A stretch of 64,000 bases of DNA from Sedimentisphaerales bacterium (GTDB lineage: Bacteria > Planctomycetota > Phycisphaerae > Sedimentisphaerales > Anaerobacaceae): contig OY970194.1 in the NCBI GenBank assembly GCA_963708075.1, positions 5,760,001 to 5,824,000 on the forward strand, read 5' to 3'. The stretch's first letter is position 1, and every line of letters begins with the position of its first letter. The notes below the pieces were generated by a model that was not told where the DNA came from, searched no databases, and saw only the letters and a program-made list of their open reading frames with translations. The position numbers and the translations under genes are program-made. This document shows positions 53,286-61,049 of the stretch, in pieces.

Positions 53286-54235
53286 CAGTTGTTCTGTAAG
53301 GGATGACCCTCGAAGGCCCCCTCATTGCCCCCCCCTTTCGTTTCCCCTTTTGTCTCTTCCGCCTTACGCACACAACGAAAACCAGTAGCTCCACTTAATG
53401 AATACTTCCCCAAAGGATAGTTTGCACCACGATCACCACATATGAGGAACACATCTCGGTACGATCCGCCCCGAACCACTTTCATGCCGCCCACCTCTGG
53501 ACCATATGGGTTGTTGAGTGGACTGTTTTTATAATAGTCCCTGTCATACCAATCGCTACACCACTCCGCCGCATTTCCTAACATATCATAGAGTCCCCAC
53601 GGATTGGGCTTCTTCTGTCCGACAGGCAAGAGCTTGGGTAGTGGCCTATTCCACTTTCCAGTCTCTGCCATCGCTTCATTATACTCACCTCCATCTGACC
53701 AGTAATTGGCGTAGTCTATGGGGTCGTTGACATCATTTCCAAAGAAGTACTTGGTGCTGGTTCCCGCCCGGCAGGCATACTCCCATTCCGCCTCTGTAGG
53801 AAGTCGATATCCATTCTTGCTGAAATCACACTCCCAAGTGCTCACGTCATAACATGGCTGCAAACCCTCTGCCGCGGACCTGACATTGCAGTATCGCACG
53901 GCATCGAACCAGGAGACTCTGGTCACAGGATAGTCCTTGCCAATCGAAGAACTGTCAATCTCTGGAGGTTCTTCACGTAATCCTCTCTTGGTATCAGAGG
54001 GATTTTCCCGCATCAGGGCGATATACACCCCTTGGGTGACTTCATACTTATCGATGAAGAAGGCATCGACATGGACCTTATGTACAGGCTCAGAATCCTT
54101 CACCCACTCTGACACATGTCCCATCATAAAGGAGCCCGCAGAGACACGAACCATATCATCCCTACTGGCAGCATGGCTCACTGATGCCACGTGCATTGAC
54201 ACAAGAAGGCACAAAAGACAACATCGACCACGCAT
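53189..54235 (-). CDS. Secreted FGE-sulfatase (CLec-fold) domain protein, paralog 1; reads through into the element
   Basis: Signal peptide, FFIDKYEVT, YRLPTEAEWEYACRAG, PNPWGLYDMLGNAAEW, RGGS, GFRC. Confidence 0.88.
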   Translation of the reverse strand: MRGRCCLLCLLVSMHVASVSHAASRDDMVRVSAGSFMMGHVSEWVKDSEPVHKVHVDAFFIDKYEVTQGVYIALMRENPSDTKRGLREEPPEIDSSSIGKDYPVTRVSWFDAVRYCNVRSAAEGLQPCYDVSTWECDFSKNGYRLPTEAEWEYACRAGTSTKYFFGNDVNDPIDYANYWSDGGEYNEAMAETGKWNRPLPKLLPVGQKKPNPWGLYDMLGNAAEWCSDWYDRDYYKNSPLNNPYGPEVGGMKVVRGGSYRDVFLICGDRGANYPLGKYSLSGATGFRCVRKAEETKGETKGGGNEGAFEGHPLQNNWGSHLHISHCASEARSRGKWLSDRAAKENAPA

Positions 54236-55155
54236 TATCTCCCTTTCATCTCCCGCTCTGTTTCCTCTTTTGTCTCTTCCGCCTTGCGAACACAACGAAA
54301 CCCAATAGTCCCGCTTACTGACTTCCTACCCAAAGGGTATCCTGCATTCCGAATAGCACACGCTACCAGACCGCCTTCATCTCTATAGCTTCCCCCTCTG
54401 ACAACTTTCATTACGCCGTGCTCCGGGCCCTTTGGATTGTCTTCAGGACTGCGCCCATAGTAGTTCTCGTCATACCAATCATTGCACCACTCTTCCGCAT
54501 TCCCCAACATATCATGAAGTCCCCATGGGTTCGGTTTCTTCTGCCCTACAGGAACCAGCCGCGGAAGCGGTTCATCCCACTTTTGCCCCTCAGCCATCAC
54601 TTCATAGTAGGTCTCGCCCCCTTTCCAATAATTGGCATACAGGATGAGTGCGTTCGCATCCTCGCCGTGGAAATATTCCGTAGTGGTTCCGGCCCGGCAG
54701 GCATACTCCCATTCCGCCTCCGTAGGAAGTCGATATCCATTCTTGCTGAAATCACACTCCCACGTACTCGCGTCGTAACACACCTCCAACCCCTCTGCCG
54801 CGGACCTGGCATTGCAGTATCGCACGGCATCAAACCAGGAGACTCTGGTCACAGGATAGTCCTTGCCAATCGAAGAACTGTCAATCATTGGAGGTTCTTC
54901 ACGTAATCCTCTCTTGATATCCGAGGGGTTCTCCCGCATCAGGGCGCTGTAAGCCCCTTGGGTGACTTCGTATTTATCGATGAAGAAGGCATCAACATGT
55001 ACCTTATGTTCAGGACGTTCTGGAATGCCTTGGGTACACCCCATGATGAAGGAGCCTGGGGAGACGTGAACCATCTCCGGCTGATTCGCGGCATGGCTAC
55101 ATAGAACAAATGCGAGTATCACCACTATACTGTATCTGTAATCCTGGCTTACCAT
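54235..55155 (-). CDS. Secreted FGE-sulfatase (CLec-fold) domain protein, paralog 2
   Basis: Same motifs; TAATG overlap with paralog 1. Confidence 0.9.
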   Translation of the reverse strand: MVSQDYRYSIVVILAFVLCSHAANQPEMVHVSPGSFIMGCTQGIPERPEHKVHVDAFFIDKYEVTQGAYSALMRENPSDIKRGLREEPPMIDSSSIGKDYPVTRVSWFDAVRYCNARSAAEGLEVCYDASTWECDFSKNGYRLPTEAEWEYACRAGTTTEYFHGEDANALILYANYWKGGETYYEVMAEGQKWDEPLPRLVPVGQKKPNPWGLHDMLGNAEEWCNDWYDENYYGRSPEDNPKGPEHGVMKVVRGGSYRDEGGLVACAIRNAGYPLGRKSVSGTIGFRCVRKAEETKEETEREMKGR

Positions 55156-55169
55156 AACCACCCCTTTCA

Positions 55170-55409
55170 CTAGTTTGGGTCATAAACGGTTACCCAACGC
55201 CGACTTGTTATATTAAGGTCATTGGCATTGTAATATGCCTCAGCTGTTTCATGACGAAATTTCCCACTAACTGTATCCCCAGCGTAGGTCTGTGCTGTTG
55301 CGCCAGTTCCTGCGTTTTTGACCGTTTGCCAGTGCTTAAACACAGCACTTTCTTTTGTTACGCCATACTGCAATTCCAGTATCCAACCGCGACTGAGGTT
55401 ACAGGGCAT
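55170..55409 (-). CDS. 79-aa ORF, probably the 3' remnant of a longer gene
   Basis: Begins at the element junction; stop immediately precedes the RBS of FGE paralog 2; lower GC. Confidence 0.45.
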   Translation of the reverse strand: MPCNLSRGWILELQYGVTKESAVFKHWQTVKNAGTGATAQTYAGDTVSGKFRHETAEAYYNANDLNITSRRWVTVYDPN

Positions 55410-55411
55410 TG

Positions 55412-55671
55412 GGGGTCACACCTACACATTTCACTTTCCTCATAGTTCCTTCCCTGTCTGCCCAGGGGCCAGCAGGTCGCTTACGTCACGCCGATAGAGT
55501 ACCACCGGTGCCCTGAAACCGCAAGGGGACTTTCATTCTCTCCCGTCTCGCGAACATCACGCATGACCCCCAGTTTAGGCAGGGGCATTTTCTTTTGCCG
55601 CACGATCAGAAAGCCACTTGCCCCGGGAGCGCACCTCCGATGCACAATGTGAAATGTGTAGGTGTGACCCC
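55412..55671. mobile_element. 260-bp non-autonomous TIR element (MITE-like), copy 2
   Basis: Direct repeat of 53026-53285 with the same TIRs. Confidence 0.88.
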
Positions 55672-56017
55672 ACGTTGTTCCGGCTTGTCTATCGTCCGGA
55701 GCACCCCTGTCCAAGTGAGAGACATGGGGGGGCAGCGGCCAGCAGAGCCATTCATGGGTCTTCGGCGCACCCGAATGAGGATGAAAATGCCATGCTCTTC
55801 GTGGGTCGTGCGTCCTCGCACGACCTTGGGCGAGCGGGGACGCTCGCCCTACGCGGAGATCTGTCCGGCGTATTTTCAGAGGAGTCTTCGGCGCTTGCCG
55901 ATGGCGTTGACGCACATCCCACGAGCCATCGGCAAGCTGCGCTTGCCGCTGCCACCCATCATGACCATTGAATCCGAAACAGCTTACACTCAGCTTGGCA
56001 CGCGTGGTCGTTTGGAG

Positions 56018-58936
56018 CTATTTCCCTTCGGTTGCGATGGGCAAGCGGAGGCGGACGCTGTAGAGCGAGGACCTGGCGGTGATGAACAGGGTCTTGCGGT
56101 CTTGGCCGCCGAAGACCAGGCAGGTGGGACGCTGGGGGACTTCGATGGTGTCGATCGGTTTGCCGGAGGGGTCGAAGACAAGAATCTGGCCGGCGGCGAT
56201 GTAGACGTTGCCATGATTGTCGGTCGTGACATTTTCCCCGCCCTCGGTGGCGAACAGCCTCGGGTCGGAGAGTGTGCTGTCCTCGCCTGCCTTGAAAGAC
56301 CACGTTTTCAGCTCTGCTTCGTTGGTCACGTAGAAGGGCCGTCCTGCGACGGCGGGGGCCAGTCTGAAGGCGCGCAGCACGTCGGCCATCTTGGTGCCCC
56401 ACATCATGGCCCCGGAGGTAAAGTCCTTGCCGGCGGGAATGAACGTGGTGCCGTCAGGCGAGAGGTAGTGGAACGGCTTGGGCGTGGTCGAGTCCCGCAG
56501 GAACTCGTCATCGCCCATCCACCGATTCACCGGCAGGACCGCCGTCATCCCGGGGCGCGGTGCGGCAGGCTGAGGCGTCAGAGTCACGATCTCGCTGTCG
56601 TTGACATCCGGGCGGAAGGCAAGCACCGTCCCATTGCCGGCGTAGCAGACGACCAGCAGGTTGCCCGCCTTGTCAAACGCCAGTTGGGTGGGCTGCTGCG
56701 GGATCTCACGGACCCGCTCCGTGCGGCGGTTCTCCGGCGACCAGCGGTAAATGCGGTTCTCACGAGCGTCGGCGAAGTAGACGTTGCCCTTGGCATCCAC
56801 GGCGGCTCCGGCGATGTTCAAGAACCCATCGGCGAGCTTCTCGACCTTCGCTCCGTCAGCGAGGACGGTTGAACTTGATTGCGGCTTTGCGGGGAGCGGA
56901 TCGCCGGAGATATCCAGCAGGGCGAACTCGGAGTCACGGACCTCGACATTGGCCGTCGCATCGAAGATCGTGCTGTCGAAGGAGACTTTGCTGTTGCTGT
57001 AGCAGTGGACGTTTCGGAAGCGGATGTCACGGGACTCGCTGACCTTCGTCGCATACGGGAACGGCACGAAGCAACTGATCACACGGTAGAAGAAGGTGTT
57101 GGCGAACTGAATGTCGCTGCAGCGGTCGATCTCCAGGGGCAGGGCCTTCGGACCTTCTTCCCGCTCTTCCTCGAATTGCACTGCGTAGAATCGCCAGTGG
57201 GAAGCGTTGCGAAGGATCATCTCGTTGGTGACGTGGTGCTCCAGGGACATCGCGTACACTCGGCCGCTGGTGGACGTGTCCGAAACGAGCATCCCGGCCT
57301 GTGCGTAGGGGCTGGGCGTCCAGATGTCCTTGAAGGTCCCGCCGCCGCCATCGGTAACCCAGAGGCTGGCGTACTGGCTGTTCCATGCCTCGCGATTGCC
57401 GAGCCTGCCGAAGCCGCCGCGTTCGCCGGGAACCCTTGTGCCGTGCCCGCCATGCAGGCGGACGTCGTTCATCATGGAATTCGCCCCGGCCATCCATTTC
57501 ACACCGACGGCCCGGGAATTGACCGCGCCGGTATAGACCCCGATGCCCGTGACGATATTGGTGCCACCTTTTGGGGCCTCGATGACCGGCTTGGGTTCGC
57601 CGGGCCCTTGGAACGCAGGCGTCTTGTCCGGCAGGTTGATCACCGTGGCCGACGGGTGAAGACCGATCAGCACGGTGTCCGGCCGGAGCGTCAGCGTGTC
57701 ACTGACACAGTACCATCCCATCGGCAGATAGAGCGTTCGGTGCTTGGCAATGGCTTCTTTGAGAGCCGCCGTATCGTCGGTTTTGCCGTCGCCGGTCACA
57801 CCCAGCGTTCGGACGTTGATCCATGTCGCCGGGTCGGGCAGGATGGGGATATCCGACTCTATCAGCGCAGCCAGGGCGGGTGCCTCGTGGGCCGCCAGGG
57901 TGGTCTTGATCTGCCGGGCAGCACCCATACCGGCGAGGTGCAGCCCGTGGGTGAACTGCTCGACCACATAGACAGGCCCGACCCCTGCGACTGTCTTGCC
58001 GCTCTCGCGGAAGCCGGCGAGGACCGGCACTCCCTTGCACGCGACGTTTTGCAGGTTGATCTGGGTCCGGGCGCTTCTCTCGTCGCTGATGATCAGGGCC
58101 GGTCCGGTGATGTTCTCCAGGCGCGCGTCGCTGATCCAGAGTTCGTCGGGGTGGCCCGGGACGAGGGAGACTGCCGTGGGGATGTTCCTGAATTGCGGGC
58201 GCACGACGGTCAATCCGGCCTGTTGATCGCTGATGGCCGCGACAGTCTGGTCTTCGAACGTGCAGTCGATCACGAGAATGGGCCAGCCGGGGGCGGAGCG
58301 TTTCGTGATGATGCCGTACTGGCCGCCGTGGAAGTGGAGGTCTTCAACCTCGTTACCGATGTCTTCGAGTCCCGCCCGGGCCGAGCCGAGCCGGAAATCC
58401 ATGTGAGCGAGGTAGCAGTGCTGGGCCACGTGGAAGCGGACGCCGACGGCCGCGGGATTGCCCGGCCCGATCTCGATGTCGATGTTGCTCATGGCGCTAT
58501 AGAACGTGCCGGCGCCGCCGTCCTGAGGAGGGCCGTCATTCCTGCCCCGCCCGCCGGAAAAGAAGAGCATGTACTTGCCTGTCCCATCATGGAAACCGGG
58601 AGTATTCTCGGCGAGGGTCAGGACCGGCCGGGTGTCGCCGTAGCCGATCAGGCGGATGCCGGGCCAGACGTAGACGGTCTTCGTGAGGCGATAGGTCCCC
58701 TTCGGGATGAACAGGACGCCGGCCCCGGTGCCGGAGGCGACCTTGTCGATCGCTTGCTGCAGGGCCGTGGAATCGTCCCCGACTCCATCGCCATGTACGG
58801 GGAAATCCTTTTGAGTCAGGTAGACCGCCGCCGGGTCGTCCAGGCGTTCGGGATAGAACGAGGCCCCGTTGAGAAGTCCGGGTAACAACACGATAGATGC
58901 GAAGAAGAACCACGCCAGGATAGATCTGTGAGCCAT
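56018..58936 (-). CDS. Secreted protein with two pectate-lyase-3/GH55-like beta-helix modules and a C-terminal SMP-30/gluconolactonase propeller
   Basis: GDGVGDDSTALQQAI and GDGKTDDTAALKEAI; VDAKGNVYFAD; FGGQDRKTLFITA. Confidence 0.82.
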   Translation of the reverse strand: MAHRSILAWFFFASIVLLPGLLNGASFYPERLDDPAAVYLTQKDFPVHGDGVGDDSTALQQAIDKVASGTGAGVLFIPKGTYRLTKTVYVWPGIRLIGYGDTRPVLTLAENTPGFHDGTGKYMLFFSGGRGRNDGPPQDGGAGTFYSAMSNIDIEIGPGNPAAVGVRFHVAQHCYLAHMDFRLGSARAGLEDIGNEVEDLHFHGGQYGIITKRSAPGWPILVIDCTFEDQTVAAISDQQAGLTVVRPQFRNIPTAVSLVPGHPDELWISDARLENITGPALIISDERSARTQINLQNVACKGVPVLAGFRESGKTVAGVGPVYVVEQFTHGLHLAGMGAARQIKTTLAAHEAPALAALIESDIPILPDPATWINVRTLGVTGDGKTDDTAALKEAIAKHRTLYLPMGWYCVSDTLTLRPDTVLIGLHPSATVINLPDKTPAFQGPGEPKPVIEAPKGGTNIVTGIGVYTGAVNSRAVGVKWMAGANSMMNDVRLHGGHGTRVPGERGGFGRLGNREAWNSQYASLWVTDGGGGTFKDIWTPSPYAQAGMLVSDTSTSGRVYAMSLEHHVTNEMILRNASHWRFYAVQFEEEREEGPKALPLEIDRCSDIQFANTFFYRVISCFVPFPYATKVSESRDIRFRNVHCYSNSKVSFDSTIFDATANVEVRDSEFALLDISGDPLPAKPQSSSTVLADGAKVEKLADGFLNIAGAAVDAKGNVYFADARENRIYRWSPENRRTERVREIPQQPTQLAFDKAGNLLVVCYAGNGTVLAFRPDVNDSEIVTLTPQPAAPRPGMTAVLPVNRWMGDDEFLRDSTTPKPFHYLSPDGTTFIPAGKDFTSGAMMWGTKMADVLRAFRLAPAVAGRPFYVTNEAELKTWSFKAGEDSTLSDPRLFATEGGENVTTDNHGNVYIAAGQILVFDPSGKPIDTIEVPQRPTCLVFGGQDRKTLFITARSSLYSVRLRLPIATEGK

Positions 58937-59083
58937 GCCATGTCCCCTCAACAGAGTGTTGACAGAATTTCCGTGACTGGAGGGATTATGGCGCTTTGGC
59001 TCGCGCAATTCAATGGCCTATTGGTCCATTGGACTCGGTGGACTTAGTGGACGCATAGGACCTATGGGACGCACTGCGATCGC

Positions 59084-60325
59084 CTACTTGGCGGCTTTGG
59101 CTTTGCGGATGGGCCTTTGCTGGATGTATCGGCTGATGTTGCGGACGGCCTGGCGCAGGCGATGCTCGTTCTCCACCAGCGCGATGCGCACGTAGCCCTC
59201 GCCGTTCTCGCCGAAGGCCGCGCCGGGGGCGACGGCAACTTCCGCGTGCTCGATGAGATCCAGTGCGTAATCGATCGTGCCTTTGCCGTTGAGGTGCTCG
59301 TCGGGAATGCGTGCCCAGACGAACATGCCTGCCCGCGGCTTCTCGACCTGCCAGCCGATCCGCTGCAGGCCGTCGCAGAGGACGTCCCGCCGCTTCTGGT
59401 ACTTGAGGTTCTGGGCGACGACGTCTTTGTCGCAGTGTCTCAACGCGATGATGCCGGCGATCTGGATCGCCTGGAACATGCCGTAATCGTAGTAGCCCTT
59501 GATCGTCGCCAGGTAGTCGATCATCTGCTTGTTGCCGGCGACGAAACCAACGCGGAAACCGGCCATATTATAGGGCTTGCTCATTGTGGTGAACTCGACG
59601 CCGACGTCCTTGGCCCCTTTGGCGGAGAGGAAACTGGGGGCTTTGTAGCCGTCGAAGAGCGTCTCGCCGTAGGCGAAGTCGTGGATGACCTGGAACTTGA
59701 AGTGTCGGGCCAGATCGACGACCGGCTCGAAGAAGCCCGGATCGACCGTCATGGAGGTCGGATTGTGCGGGTAGTTCAGGATCAGCAGCTTCGGCTTGGG
59801 GAACAGATGCTCGCACACCATCGCGATGGTGTCGAGGAACTTCTGATCGTTGCCGAGCGGGACGGTGATGACATTCGCCCCCGCCAGGACGACGCCGTAG
59901 CAGTGGATCGGGAAGGCCGGATCGGGCACGACCGCCGTGTCGCCGGGACCCAGCATCGCCAGGCACAGGTGGCTGAAGCCTTCCTTCGAGCCGATGCAGG
60001 CGAGCACTTCCTTCTCCGGATCGAGCTCGACGTCCCATTTCTGGGCATACTTCTTGGCCATTTCCTTGCGGAGATTCGTGATGCCCTTGGAGGCGCTGTA
60101 GCGATGGTTGCGAGGCTGTCTGGCGGCCTCGCAGAGCTTCTCGACCACGAGCGGCGGAGCGCCGTCCGTAGGGTTGCCCATCCCCAGGTCGATGAGGTCG
60201 GCCCCTTGCTGCCTCTTGGCGTGCTTGAGCGCATTGATCCGTCCAAACAGGTACGGCGGCAGGCGGGTGATCCGCTGCGCCGGTTCAATCCGATACTCGT
60301 CGTTGTTCTTACCGCTCTTCACCAT
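59084..60325 (-). CDS. Class I/II PLP aminotransferase (AlaC/LL-DAP-type)
   Basis: RLPPYLF, DLGMGNP, IGSKEG, NYPHNPT, HDFAY, SKPYNMAGFRVG. Confidence 0.9.
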   Translation of the reverse strand: MVKSGKNNDEYRIEPAQRITRLPPYLFGRINALKHAKRQQGADLIDLGMGNPTDGAPPLVVEKLCEAARQPRNHRYSASKGITNLRKEMAKKYAQKWDVELDPEKEVLACIGSKEGFSHLCLAMLGPGDTAVVPDPAFPIHCYGVVLAGANVITVPLGNDQKFLDTIAMVCEHLFPKPKLLILNYPHNPTSMTVDPGFFEPVVDLARHFKFQVIHDFAYGETLFDGYKAPSFLSAKGAKDVGVEFTTMSKPYNMAGFRVGFVAGNKQMIDYLATIKGYYDYGMFQAIQIAGIIALRHCDKDVVAQNLKYQKRRDVLCDGLQRIGWQVEKPRAGMFVWARIPDEHLNGKGTIDYALDLIEHAEVAVAPGAAFGENGEGYVRIALVENEHRLRQAVRNISRYIQQRPIRKAKAAK

Positions 60326-61049
60326 ATCCGAATCCAACACCTGTAAAGCGGCCGGCGGGTGACCGGCCTCATTCATATCCCGATTCATGGACCTCACGGT
60401 GGCAGCATGTCCATACTTACCTGAGCCGGCCGGGCTCACCTCTGTACAGATCGGGCACACTGCCTGCCCCACGGCAACCCGGTATTTTACCATGTCACTG
60501 ATCAATTGCAAAGGTTCACTCACCGGGCTTCCAGGGCTTACGCATCTAAATTGGAATCGGGCTTCTTGCCCGCGAAAACGCCTATCGGACGCTCACAAGT
60601 TCGGTGGCCCGGCCGATCCGTGATCCGAGCTTTCCGCGTTTCCGCGCCAATAGTCAGCGTCGAACAATTTAGATGCGATAGCCCTGACCGGGCTTCTACC
60701 ATTTCCCCTAAACTCGCGAACCATGTGCCCGCGCGAATAGCCGTTATTACCTTCGGCCGTGGTCATTTGAATGCTATAGCCATTTTGGGGGAAAGGGCTG
60801 TACGCCGTGAACAAAAGATAATCTGCCGACGCATAGAAGTATCGAAACCACGTAAGACTGAGCGGGACCTTGCGGTGGCACGTCTTGTGCGGTACATTGG
60901 TCGTCTATGACTCAAGGAGTTGGGTGGATGCCTGCAGAATGCCGGCCGGCGGCCGGAGGGGTCCCTCGGAGGCTTTTGGCACAGGAGATGGCTTGGCTAT
61001 GGATGTTGCTGCGAATCGATCGCAACCGGAAAAGCCCAGATTGGAGACC

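Noticed and set aside
53189..55155. Diversity-generating retroelement
   Set aside because: No reverse transcriptase, avd or template repeat in the window; paralog differences include indels and are not adenine-specific
60330..61049. Small ORFs or ncRNA in the aminotransferase-SNF2 intergenic region
   Set aside because: No convincing RBS, motif or recognisable RNA structure; probably divergent promoter DNA
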